Below the pieces are notes generated by a model, which worked only from the letters and a program-made list of their open reading frames with translations, searched no databases and was not told where the DNA came from. The translations under genes were made by a program, and so were the position numbers. From Oculina patagonica (Eukaryota), in the NCBI RefSeq assembly GCF_052425735.1, contig NC_135761.1, positions 38,502,001 to 38,566,000 on the forward strand: a DNA stretch of 64,000 nt. Reading direction: 5' to 3'. Of the stretch, positions 25,884 to 38,880 are shown piece after piece. How positions within the stretch are numbered: the stretch's first letter is position 1; each line of letters starts with the position of its first letter.

Positions 25884-26420
25884 TGCTGGTCCAAGAAAAG
25901 TAACAGGAACACAAAAGCATTATTTGTTCCCTGGAGATTTCATAACTGGAACGACCAACGGCACCAGTATACCGAAGTGTCACGTGCTGGGTCAGGTCAG
26001 CATCAGTGAACCGCTATTGTTTTGTTCCTTAGAAGTTTGCCGAGTTTCCTAACCAGTCTTCCTCTACTAACTATGCTCCTGCCAATCTCTACCTTAGCCA
26101 ACATTTTTCGCGCGCTTAAGGTACATTGAATATTTTCTATAAGTTGTACGTTTAACTCTGTCTTACTTGGGTTCTAGCCTGGTTAGTTTGCTTTCAAGAT
26201 GGTAACAAACATCATTGAGTGCATTTGGAGCGGAAATCTGTCGATCGTACAAATCATTGGTGTTTTTTCGTTGCTAATTTTTCTGTTCACAAATAAGTCG
26301 CACAGACTTCCTTTGCTGTAACATAAATGCTTTGTTAAAAGGTGTAGTCAGCCATGGTTCAACCGTATTTCTCAATATCTTCGAACTTTCCACCCCAAAC
26401 GAATTGTTGATAAGACTTGT

Positions 26421-26510
26421 GTGACCTGGGATGCCATGGGTTCGATTCCCATCGGGGATTCAGAATTTTTCTTTGTCCTGTGCTCATGTCATGTTGAATA
26501 CTTCATCTTC
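26421..26510 (+). mobile_element. 5'-truncated tRNA-derived SINE with a 9-bp TSD
   Basis: B-box ggttcgattcc. Flanked by aagacttgt at 26412-26420 and 26511-26519. Confidence 0.75.
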
Positions 26511-28746
26511 AAGACTTGTTATTTTAAAATTTTAATTCAATTATGTGTTGTGTCATAATTGTCTCCTTTTTAACACCATAAGGAATTGGATCTCATGATC
26601 CGAGGGATCTCAGAAGGAAAATTGCAGAAGCCCGGTGCAGAAATTCAAGGGACCGTCTCTTACAACGAGCGAACGTTCCCTAAAGGTAAATTTATTTCAA
26701 AATGCAATCAAAAGTCTAAATAGAAATCACTTAAGTTTTCTACTTATATTTATACTTTCTTTCAGTAACCAAGATTAAGTGTTAAGTAAAGACGTTTCTC
26801 ACGAGATTAAACATTCTTCTCAAGAAAATTAAGGGACATGTCCTTTTTTGGGCCAATTATTTTCAAAATATCATTGAGCACCACCTTAAAACATCTGTGT
26901 TAAACATTTTTTTTTAAGCAGGCAGGTATTTATTAGGAAAGCAACAAAAGATTTATGCCAGGACTTTGTTAAACATCATATACTAGTACCTAGCAGTGAA
27001 ATGATGGCTGGGGGAGAGGGGGCATTAATTGAATTTCTTGAGCTTTTTGACATTTGCTTCCTTAAGTTTACTTCCAAAGTAATCATTTTCTTTTAAAATC
27101 CGTACATCTCCACTACAGGATTTGAAGAGTTCTTCTCACTTGCAACCATTAATTGCGTTTGTTTGTATTTTTAGCAGATGACACTGCCATAGAAGATCTA
27201 AGTGACAAATCAAAGTCCAGAAAAAGTGAGCTATTATCTTGTAGTAGCAGTGCAATTGCTTATCGAAGGTGGCTGAAACAAATCTAAATTCTTAGCGTTT
27301 TGGCTTTGCTTTAATTACAGGATTCCGATAGGCGGGTTTTTTAGCTTTAGCTAAAAAACAACTTTTGAGGTAAACTGATACTAATTAAGCCTCTCTTTTT
27401 TCTCCTGTAGTAAGATGTTTCAACTGCCGCGGAGAGGGGCATAAGGCCCGTAACTGCCCTTCTCCAAAAATAATAAGAAAAAATACCAAGAAGCCAAAGG
27501 AGCGAGTAGAAAGAATTGTCATAAATCACTACCATACGTATAAAGATAGGAGCTCGGCAAATTTTCATTGATCACGCGATTTTTTATTTCTTGTTTCCCT
27601 GTTTTATTTTTGTTTTTGAAGGAAAATAATTTGAAGCTGTCTTTTGCTTTCGAATGAAATTTTTTTGAAGTTGTCATGTCGCTTTTTATATTGGCTGAGC
27701 CTTTGTTGTTATTTGTAATTAAAACATCATTCTTAAACAATCGCGTGTTCTGTTTCTCGGTCACTAACCGGCATGTGGTGCTGTATGGGCTAAGTAACAG
27801 TATAAAGACTCCCTCTGCCCGCCCTTTTGCCTCCTACCCAGAGTCCCTACCAATGCTGGGGTCACGCTAACAGGAACTTTTTACCGTATTGTATTCTTTT
27901 TTAAGCCTCACCCACCCTATTGGAAACAAGTTTGTTCGATCTATTACCAAATCCTGGTCTAGAAAGACCTCACAGGGGTTTTCTAATCGAACAAAACTGT
28001 TAATTGGTTTCCAACAATAGAGAAATGTCTTGCTCGGCAAATTTTGGACAGATTTAAGAAAGATCAGGATTACAAAATGTTTCAAAACCTCAGACGGTGT
28101 ACACTTCTTTATCAAGAGCCTATCGTCCAAACTGAAGTGGCATTAACTGTCAAAATTCTTTATGTGCCATTGCATGTGATCACAGTGGAAGATACTCCTT
28201 GTGCATGTGATTGGTGTGAAAACGAGAAGAAGTATAAGCCCTTAGTGTTTAGATAAGCGTGAAATTTCAAGTTAGAATCCAGTTATTATTTTTCTTTTTT
28301 TTGTACTGCAGATAGTCATTTACCAGAAACGTAGCCACTCAGGGATGGGCAAGCTTCCAGGGCTTACCAGTATCAGCACAGGATGAATCTAATTAACCTG
28401 TTAGCCCACGTGCTAGAACTGGTAACCAGACAAGTAGGCAGGTCTTCAACTTCAATGTCGTGTTATTGGATTCCCGGAACCATTCCATCCCCAGGGGAAA
28501 TTTAAGGCAGCAGCCATGGAAGATCTGAGTGACAAATCAAAGTCCAGAAAAAGTGAGCTATTATCCTGTATTATAAAATGCTCCAGTTATTCCCAGCGCT
28601 ATGATTGGTCAATTTAAGTTCATTATAACTCCATAAAGCACTCTGCCTACGTCACGCACGTGCATTATAACTCAACATATGCACGCAAGCTACGTCATGG
28701 ATTTTTTTGCCGAGGAAAAAATTTGAGAACTAGCCTGTCCGCCATT

Positions 28747-29379
28747 ATGGCTGAACAATTTCCACGGTTTGAGATTGGGTTCGAATTCCTGAATACCAAA
28801 AAAAGTGACAGTGTTGAAGATTCCCCTAGTGAGGCACCTGTTGAAAAAAAGAAACGGTTTGCAGAACTAACTGAAGCGGAAAGAAACCGGCTTTTGGTGG
28901 AAACGCAAGAAAAAGCTAGGAAGAGCACGACAAATTGGGCTGTTAACGCTTTCAAAGGTAAAGAAACTCACAATAAATATAAGTTGAAGTGAACACGGAC
29001 TACAATATACATCCCAAACACTAAAACGTAAAACCGGTTTAATAAAGAAATAAAAAAATGACGAATAAAAGCATCTTACAGTTTTCCGTAAGAGAGTTTA
29101 CACCTGAGCTTGTTTACATTTTTGTCGACAGAAAAGCAACATTGCACTCGTTTATTCAATTAAATACATGTCTTCTGGCAGCTGTTGTGTATATCATTTC
29201 ACAGTCTTTTGAAATAATAATTAGTTAAAGACCGAGTTAAAACTATCTTTTTTTCTCAGAATGGAGTGCACAAAAAGTCCCTGTGCTGCCAAAACTAGAG
29301 GAGATGAGCGACGAACAACTTGACGACAGCTTGGCACAGTTTTATACAGAAGCACGAAGCAAAAAAGGAGAAGAGTACA
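28747..29379 (+). pseudogene. Crypton YR gene, 5' part (exon 28747-28957, intron 28958-29259, exon from 29260)
   Basis: MAEQFPRF...KRFAELTEAERNRLL...STTNWAVNAFK, then a GT..AG intron, then EWSAQK...LDDSLAQFYTEARSKKGEEY. Confidence 0.85.
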
Positions 29380-30343
29380 CTCACGTAAATTAAGGCATGG
29401 GTCATGACTAAAAAAATGCAAATTTTTAAACTGTTTATCCCTGCTTGGCAATGTAATAAAACAGTCTGTTCTGTTCCAGTAGTTTTGAAATGAAATGAAA
29501 CGTATGAAAAAGCGGTCATAAGTCTTAAATTTTGATTTGAATTATAGTGACTTTGCTACATTTCCAAGCGCAGAAATGAAGAAAATGCATTTCTTGGCAA
29601 GTTCTTCGCGTTAAAAACTTGCTGCAGTACACCTAAAGTGTTCCCATGTGGCCAAGTTTCTTCCTGCAAGGTTGTATACCGCCATTTTGAATTCATTATG
29701 CGGACCGCGTAATCGCCCCAGCATTTAGGTCTGGGTGCCAGCTTTTCTGTTGTCAAAGAGACGAACTGACCAATAGAATAAATGAATATGTAAAAGGCTT
29801 GGTTCCTTTTAATAAAATGGCGGACGAAGAAGCAAACTTCACGGCGATCTATGTACTTCTTTGCAAAATAATCAAAGGGTTGTTGACCGTTACTTTGTCA
29901 TGAAAAGATGTAGTTAAAACAATTATTTCTGCCACAAATAGAATCTTGTTAAAAAGGGGTATCTTCGTGTCTTCTAGATGTTTAAAGGTGAGAAATAAAT
30001 GCCTTCTTGATGTAAACAGGTTTGTTTTGTTTTTTTTGTTCCGAATTGTATTGCAAGCCATTGAGAGCCTTCTTTAGTTGTAATTTATGCCGGTTGGTGC
30101 TAGGCGCGTTATTTTGGCGCTAAAAACAAAATAAATTAAAACCATTGTCATGCTAATACAGCGAACAACAGCACTTCTGCAAAATAATCGTATGCACTTT
30201 ATAGAAAGATTGTAATTCTCCGAGGGTTTGCAAGAGGCTATTTCAAGTTAAGAGCGAGTTTAAGGTATATTAAGTATTATTTCAAGGAAATTATTCACAA
30301 AGCACTAATAACAAGAAAGCAAATTCAAGATTCGGCGCCTAAA

Positions 30344-33300
30344 ATGGCCTCCTACTTCGGATGTGGTTTTGCTCGAGTTGCAGCAAAATTAAGCTACCTG
30401 AAGCCCAATGGAAAGGTTGAGTATGATCAAGAACAGAGGTGCAGACAGTACTCGGGTATTTTTAAAGGAGAACACAAAAAACGCTTTGAAGTAGACCAAT
30501 ATTCGTTTAACAAGCGGTCCAAGAGTATTGTACTCCATTTTAAAAAATGGAAGACAGCCGAGAGGGAAAAATACATAGAGCACTTCAGTCCAAACAACTG
30601 GGAAAAGCTCACAGAACATGAAAAAAGGCAACATTGCCGTTCACAATGTAAAGCCTGTGATGTTCACCATTTCTCTATCCAATCTCTGTTTCCTTTGTGG
30701 GGAAACAAATCAAAGTCTGTTACAAATCAAAGTATTTACAAAAAAGTCAACAGCCGAGTCCTTAAAGAATCATCTGCTGTAAATGTGAAAGTAACAAAAA
30801 AGGCTATAAAAGCTGCCACAAAAGAAGTCTATGACAAAATTAACACTCCATTTGAAAAGACATTTGGCATAACTTTTGCTGTTGCTCAAACCAGTGTTCC
30901 TGAGCTAAATGTCCAGGTGAAAAAGTCGCATGCTGAGTTGAAACGAGAAAGGAGAAATAAATCCAGAGCTGACAAGAAGCACATCCAGAAGCAGTGGGCA
31001 ACAATGGATTGTGACACCATGCTTGGAACAAGGCAGACATACAGCCAACGTCAACAACAGCGGCTGTTACTTTCTTTTGAGACCAAACTTGATGCTGAGA
31101 ACAGGGCCAACAAAAGAGCACGCCTGGAAGAAGAAGGCCAGCGAAAAAAGAAAAGGCACTCTCCAAAGCCGGATCATCTTAACTTTGATAAGGATGGGCT
31201 CCTAGAAGAAGTAAATACAATGAAAGATGGAGAAATGGTTAGTAAACGTCAAGACAAATAATGTAGCCATACACCAAATACTCTATAATACATTGCTACT
31301 CCTCTTGAGTAACAATTCTCTAACTCCACTACATTTAATTCCTTTAAAATTAAAAAAAATCAACAAATGAATAATAAAATACAAATATTAAATTAACATA
31401 TACTGTACATTAGCTTCTCAATGTGTACCACTCCCAGACAACATAAACTGGTTGCTTAATTAACCAGTGATAAAACATAGCACTTATGTGAATAACATTT
31501 TCCTTTTCAGATTAATTTCTCTAATCTTGCTCGTAAATATGGCCTGATGGAAAAAAACAAAAAATGGAAATATGGTCGTCAAAGAGTTTCTAGAAAACAA
31601 GGGGGTGCAGTTGTCTAGATTTAACCACTTCAGAAGCGTTAAGCCAGCAGCCAGGAGAAAATTAAGACGAATGCAGGGTGGAGAGATTTCAGTCCCAGTC
31701 CAACAAACAAACAGTGAGATCAGAGAAACCTTAATGGTAAGTCAGGGAGAATTAAATAAAAAAATGAATGAATGGAAACGTTATTAAAATGTATTGATAC
31801 TTTCCTGTACAAATAAGTTGTAAACATACTAGGTAATATAAAATAAGCAAACAAAACAAGAAAGAATTTCAATCCTCACTAGAAAATATGGTACAGTAGC
31901 TGAAAAAATGCAAACTGATTTGTATATGCCTATCGATTTGTTATTTTTGTAGAGCAAAATTGAAAGTGGCGAGTACATTCTTGGTGAAATGATTGTTCCC
32001 CAAACAGTCAAGAAAGTCACCTTGACAAAAGAGGGAAAAATAAAGAAAGAAACATTTACAGTAACAGGCCGCAAGATTCCTCTTCTTGACATCAGAAAAA
32101 ATATGCTGAAAGAGCATGAGGAAATGGGTTTGATGCGAATAAGAAGTGATAGCGACTATGACTTCATGACAGAAGATGAAATCAGTTCCAGACTTAAGCA
32201 GTTGGGTGAGGATGAAGAGGAAGAAAGTGCATCCAATAGGAAAGAAAAACTGAAAGAAATTGAAAGAAAAAGGCACCTTATGGTCTGTAGTGACAATGCA
32301 ACTCTTCTAAATCATGGCCACATCCTACTCACAGTCAATGCTGTTTATGATGAGGCCCTTTACTTCACCAATGAAGAAATGAAAGGCATGGGTCAAGAGA
32401 ACGTTGATGTTGATGCTGGATGTGCAAGCTGCAGTGGAGATTCCAGAAAGTACAAACATCTTGCAGTTTCCCTCAACAGACCACACTTGAGCCTCCAAGA
32501 GCGCAAAAAGAAAGTTCTGCAAGGTCCTGCAGGTCGACAGAAAAGAAATGGTGGCATAAAACCCTTTAAAGACCTTCTTTTAGAGGAGCTGAAGAGGGAG
32601 TGCTCTGCCCGTGGACTACCTTGTGATGGTCAGAAGGATGAGCTGCAAGAGGTTCTCAAGGAAGAGCTTGTGGGATTCAACGAGTGCCTGTGATGATCTT
32701 CTTTGATCAATCAAAACATATGGCAGATCTTGGTTTAGGTAAGAATAGTGAATAGTGACCACATTATTTTCACAGGTGTGTATACACATGTATGTGTATA
32801 AATTAAATTACATGTAAGTTTCATGCAAGGCATATACAGACATTCTCATCAAACTAGGCAGGATCCTGAGAACAAAGATCAGCCTTTTATATACTTTAAG
32901 GAAAGAAGGACTATCAGAAATTTAAGTATTCATTTGTTAGTTGTTTTTTTTTTTTTCTTCACAAACTCTCAGCACAAATCATACACTGTCAACTATGAAC
33001 ACCTTGTTTTAATGAACACAAATGGTACATTTTCCCTGTTTTGTTTTGTGTGAAAAAAATTGACCAGGCTGGGTATAAAAATCATTGTTATCATCTTACA
33101 CAAAAATTAGTTTGACCTTACCACTCCTGCCGATTTTTTTTTACTCATGAGAGAAAAAAGTGAGAGAAACTAAGACTGTCAGCTAGACAGGGTGGTTAAA
33201 CACAATCTTATGCATTATATTTTAAACAGGAAATTATGAAGTCCTACCCACAGAGCCCCTCCATGACATAAAAGAACACATTGCCAATGTCCTGACAGAG

Positions 33301-35253
33301 TTGCCTTGTCACCTTGAAAAGGAAGAAAAGAAAGCACTTGAAGAAATCATAGAATATTCGTTGGGTGGAAAGGAGAAGAAAAGAGGTTGTGATTACAGAC
33401 TTGCAGCTGTTATAGTGGCTCAGTATTTAAGAGGTAAGAATCGTGTGCACACTGAGTCTCATAACATATAATACAGCTGTATTTACTTAATCCAGATCTG
33501 AAACATGAAATGGATGTTTCACTGAATTCCTACTTACATGTACATTACCCTGTTTATGAAACAACTGTTAACTCAATGTAACCTTGTTTATAATTACAAT
33601 GTAATAAGCTGTAATAGTAACAGTCTAATCATAACGCCAGTGTATTTAGAACTGTACAAGCAATATTTTAGCCTTGCAATGCTATTTAGCTATTCAAAAT
33701 TCACTGTTCTCTGCCTCTTCTTTGTAGGAAAAGTAAGACCTTTGGTACAGTTACTCCTGGATTCCCTGACAGAGCTAAGTAAACTTCTGTACATGCCAGC
33801 ACATTCAAGATGCCCCAAATTAGTTCTCCGCCTGCACAATCAAGCCTTCATACATGCCATGACCTGCAAGGAAATCTTTGGCGAGCCAAAAATTCTCACT
33901 GAGAGAAAATTTTATGGCAGATACTGGCATTCCCTTACTGCACATGCTGCGAAGCAAAGCAGAATTGTCTCTTTGAAGTCAACAAATACTGAAGAAGAAG
34001 AGAGACATTTTAATACACTTCAAGGTGTGACCAAGTTAACCAACAGGCGGCCAGGAGACATAATCACACCAAGTCTCATCCGCCTGCAGGCTGAGCAAAA
34101 GCTTGCAGAGAGCAAGCATGCAACCAGCAATCCAGTGAAAATGCAGGAATCAAAAATTTCCAAATACTACAATACCCTTCCACCACTCCCAAGCACAGTT
34201 ATTCCAAACCGATATATCATCAAACACCCGAAAGAATATCAGGCTCACCTGCAGGGTATCAGTGACTTTATTGCTTGTGGGGAAGGTGTATGGTGGCAGC
34301 AGATTTTGTCTGGAGTTGAATTCTTTGATGGTCCTAATGAAGCTAACAGCAGACCTCAGGGACCATTACTTCATCATTTCAGATCAAGCAACCTCCAGTT
34401 AGAGGAAGAGTACCTACAAGAGTGTTGGGATATGTGTCTAATTGATGAAAATATAACAATTCCTCACAGCATAATAAGAATCTACAACCAGAGGGGTGAC
34501 TGCACCAGAGTCACACGCACAAACTTCTTGTACAGATATGATGACAGTGATGAAGAACTAGGCAATGAAGTAGCTGAAGATGCTGAAACAGAATCTCTTG
34601 TAGTAGATGATGATGAAGATGCAGCAGAAGAGGTAACATTATTGGAAGAAGTTATCACTCCTGAGTTCAAAGATTTTTCTGGTGAGTACAGTGATGATGA
34701 AAATGATGAAGAAGAACTGCAACCTTTGTTCACATCACCATCTTTGTCTGCAGTAGCAAATAACAGTACATTAAAGAATTCTGAGCAAGACAAAAGTAGC
34801 ACTGATAATTCAAGTAGAAGACCAATTCAAAATTCAGCAACAAGCCAGCAAAGCAGAAAATCACTTTCAGATAACAGACCTAGCTCAGACAACTCACAAA
34901 GAAAAGAAATTCAAACAAAGCTGTGTAAAAATATAGCCAAAATAGTTGGCGAAACAGAAAATGTTTACAAATTGGACACTGCAAGACAAAACATGAAGCA
35001 ACATCCAACAAGCACCTTTCACACAAACAACTTCCAGAACCTTCTTGCACCAATGCAGACACAAATCCTGGCTCATCACACATCATTGAAGAAACAGCAC
35101 AAGGAATGGGAAAAGCAATACTTCCTTTAAAATGACTGCACTGAAGCGAGCTTAGAAGACCTTAAAACAGACAACGAGCAGTACTCAATATACAAAAAGT
35201 TAGTTTTGTGTGAAGAACTCTTCAAGCACTGGAAAATAACTGTCCATCTGTGA
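30344..35253 (+). pseudogene. Five-exon putative DDE transposase (RAG1/Transib/CMC-like core with SAP-like insertion and acidic tail), lightly decayed
   Basis: Exons 30344-31237, 31511-31736, 31953-32738, 33230-33433 and 33728-35253, all GT..AG and phase-compatible. Motifs: HCRSQCKAC, LMVCSDNATLLNHGH, GCASC, EELKRECSARGL..GQKDELQEVL, EPLHDIKEH, YWHSLTAH, NTEEEERHFN. Lesions: +1 frameshift near 31560, -1 frameshift near 32672, stop at 35128-35130, likely internal deletion near 32410. Confidence 0.75.
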
Positions 35254-35450
35254 TATCAGTGTGCGGTGTTGGTATGTTAGTTATAAAGCCAAGTAGTAAA
35301 TGCATCTCTTCATTATTCTTTCTTTAATAAGGCCTATGTACCCAAGATGCACATGAGAAAAACTGCTCAAGTTATGAAATCCAACAATTCAATTCTTCTG
35401 TTATAAATCATTCATCACTTTCCTTTCTTCTGTTATATGTAAATATATAC

Positions 35451-35763
35451 TAGTTATGCAACGCTTTCGAGTGGTATACTATGGAATATCCCACGAGTCA
35501 CTTGTATTTTCTCGGTATACACACGAGCCTTTAGGCGAGTGTGTATGCCAAGAAAATACAAGTGACAAGTGGGATATTCCATAGTATACCACGAGAAAGT
35601 GTTGTGTAACTATTTTATACCATGCCATAGAAAATACGCTTACTAAATTTCGTCAAGAATACAGTCGCAGCGCACTATGGGAAGGTTGGGTTGAATACCG
35701 TCAAATATACAACGGCTTTCCTGTATTCTGATTGGCTGCATTTTCTATGGCATGGTATAAAAT
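35451..35763. mobile_element. Double-hairpin palindromic non-autonomous element (Crypton-like MITE)
   Basis: Hairpin 1 at 35451-35612 (gtggtatactatggaatatcccac...gtgggatattccatagtataccac). Hairpin 2 at 35612-35763 (ttttataccatgccatagaaaat...attttctatggcatggtataaaa). Confidence 0.8.
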
Positions 35764-36357
35764 TACTTATAGGAAGTAAGTAAATAAAATGAACAGTTTA
35801 CTGCATGCTATTTACTCTAGCAGCCAGAAGAAAGAAAGAAGCATTTAGTAAAGCTTATATTCTCCTATAAATACCAGAAAGAAAAGGCCAAGTTAGTTAG
35901 GAGAACATTGAAGAAAATCAGTTTTGTTTCGAATTTGCATGCTTCGTGTATCCTTCTTACTCCCAGAGCAGAAACTGCTTTTCCGCTATTTTTACACAGA
36001 AAATCAGAACTTAAAGCCTACAAAGGCTTTAAATTATTGTTACTAACCTTACCTCAGTGAACTGAGTAAAAATAAACATATTTGTAAAGGCAAATGTTGA
36101 CAATCAAGCACTTTGTTTCTTCGTGTTTTCATTCGAAATCATTATAGTGACTGCCGGCTCTAGTAGTCGTTTCCACGGTTTCCACGTCCGTTTCCACAGA
36201 AACCAAAATTAAACCGCTGAAAAAGGCGATCGGCTCCCAAAGACGTTCTCTTTATTTGGCTTTCAAGACCTTATTTGGCACGAGATGCTTTTCCCGCCAA
36301 GACAAAAATTTGATGGTTGAAGGAGGGAAAGCTAAAATAATCAATATCAATTATAGC

Positions 36358-37582
36358 ATGGGTAAATTCAGAGATCATACTGTTGAGGAAATTCGTAGGC
36401 TTCGGAATGCGAGGCAGAAACGAAAGCGTCAACAAAGAACAGCACAAAGACTAGCCCTCGAACGAGCGCAGATTATGAAAGAGCGTGAACAGGAACGACG
36501 GATTGCTTCAGAACTACGAGAAACAGCGCGCAAATTTTGCAGAAAGTGGCGTGAAAAATGCCACGAAAATAATAAAATGAGACATCTCTTAGATCAATAT
36601 CGACTTCAGGTAAGGTTTTTAGCTTCTAGAGATATGCACCTTTCATACCAAAAATATTTCACCGAGTTGCAAATAGGTACCTGAATAACAGAAGTCACTG
36701 CACACACATCTACTTTAAAAACATATTTTAATGACAGTAAGCTTGCTTTGTAACATCAAGGCGTCCATCAATACATTTTAAAGTAATTGTTATTGTGTGA
36801 AACCTTTTTAACAGGGGCAAATCAATAAGCAAGGGGTTGCTGTGGAAAATAAAGTTAATAACATTAGTTTAAGAGAGCTTAGCACTAATGTTCAGCCATG
36901 CATCTCACTTGGAGAAGGTTCCTTTGGGAAGTGTTAATTGAAAAACTACAAGAGGATGGGTATTACTGTGGTCGAGAAACAAATGATCAATGGTTACATG
37001 CATGACATTATCAAAGAAGCACAAACAATGCAAGCTTTGGTGCACCCCAATATACCAACAATTCTTGATGTGCAAATTGAAGAAGAACCATATGCCATCA
37101 TCATGGAGTACTTAGGTGAGGCAAATTCCTCTTTCACAGTCCATGATCTCCTCAAAGAGACCAACAGCCTGGAGAAAAAGGACTGGGTCAAGATTTCTTA
37201 TAATGTTGCTGATGCCCTAAATCATGTACACAAAAAAGGTTTTCTTCATTGTGATTTGAAGGCTAATAATGTTGTTGTCTTCAAAAAGGAAGGGTTCTTG
37301 ATTGACTTCGGAAAAGCTTGTGCAATCACATCTCCACCAGCAAAAAAATACAAGTTCTCTTATCCCCATATTGCACCTGAAGTACTGAATGGTTCTCCGT
37401 GCAGTGTAAAAAGCGACATTTACTCGCTAGGAACAGTTCTGAAAAAAATTGGCTTGTCCCAGAATATTCAATGCATAACAGAGGTGGCCCAGACATGCCT
37501 AAATGACAGTCCAAAGCAGCGGCCAACACTAGTGGGAATACTAGCATCCCTTGTTTCACAAAATGATTTTCAATTAAATTAA
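36358..37582 (+). pseudogene. Two-exon Ser/Thr protein kinase (non-RD, HCD) with a basic coiled-coil N-terminus; transposon cargo; one in-frame stop
   Basis: Exon 1 36358-36609, intron to 36814, exon 2 from 36815. Motifs LGEGSFGKC, VVEK, IIKEA, HCDLKANN, DFG, IAPE, SDIYSLG. TAA at 36935-36937. Confidence 0.88.
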
Positions 37583-37914
37583 TACACTGCAGCTTTGTAA
37601 ACCAGCAAAACATTTTATTGACAATTATCAGAGTTGAAAACCCAAGTGTCACTCTCATTCCAGTGTAGAACTTTAGGTATTTTCTGAAAAACAAGATAGT
37701 ATTCAAGTTACCACAAAGAGCAATTACACGACTCTGATAATACCAATAGCAATGACAAACAATCTACTTCTATTGTTCTTTTTTAGGCAAAATGTGTAAT
37801 TCTTGTCAAATTATTCCACAATGTTTATTGCTTATCACACTATTTAACAATAATTTAGAAAAGAACTGATTTAGCTCCCAAATGGAAATTTAGTGCTTTC
37901 ATTGTTTAGAACTC

Positions 37915-38880
37915 TCCTCCCAATGATCACTTTCCTTTAATCTCACTACCTGCAGAAATATATGAAGACAGTCTGTGATAGAAAAAAAAAAAGATTTAAC
38001 ATTGAGTTAATGGCTTTAAGGTGGCTATGGTGGAGCTCTCCTGTTGTCAAGATGATTCGTCTTTTAACAACAGGCTGTCTGGATGTTTCGTCCTCTGGTA
38101 GTGTGCAAAACCTGCAGCCATTAATACATTTAGCTCATGACATGACATTTCCCATAAAAATCAATACAAAGTCTGCAGATCTTGAGAAAAAAGGAATTGA
38201 TAACCCCAAAAAGAGAAAATGTGTTGATAAATTATCGCCAAAAATATTCCTATTTGAAGTTATAAGACATTGAGTCCATATAGTCACAAATGGTAATTTT
38301 TTTTAAACGAATGACATCTTATAACTGAATAACAAGGTAGATCAGTTGTCAGCCAGTGAAACATTGATCAGCAGGAAGGGAATTTTTTAAGACATGACAG
38401 ATTAATATGGTGTTAGTGTGGTATTTTCTGAAAAATAAAAATTATATATATATATTAAGTCAATGGTAGTTCACTTCAAAACATGCAGAGTATGAATTTT
38501 CTTAGTGGAACCTTTGGAAGTTCTCAAAACCTTTCCCATTGATCACATTCCTTTAATCTCACAAACAGTAGATTTAGACATTTTTATTGAAAAAAAGAAG
38601 AAAAAAAGGCTTACTTCAAAAGACTGATTGCAAGGTGGCAAAGGTGGAGCTCTCCTGTTGTCAAGATGATTCGTCTTTTAACAACAGGCTGTCTGGATGT
38701 TTCGTCCTCTGGCAGTGTGCAAAACCTGCAGCCATTAATTTATTTGGCCCTCAAAATGATCTGCATGTTATGTTTCCCCCAAAGATCAATACAGAGTCTG
38801 AAGATATTGAGAATAAAGGAATTGGTCATAAAAAAAATGTGTTGATAAACTGTTATTAAAAATACTCTGTTATGAGACAT
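37915..38880. repeat. Imperfect local duplication (~615-bp spacing) inside the TIR element
   Basis: ggtggagctctcctgttgtcaagatgattcg...gcaaaacctgcagccattaat occurs at ~38029 and ~38643. Confidence 0.85.

Noticed and set aside
27867-28130. MBT-like FPIGW motif
   Set aside because: A single short motif without supporting context.
33538-33727. N-terminal 63 aa of the 530-aa ORF
   Set aside because: It is intron read-through. The acceptor tttgtag at 33727 joins in phase to the 33230-33433 exon.
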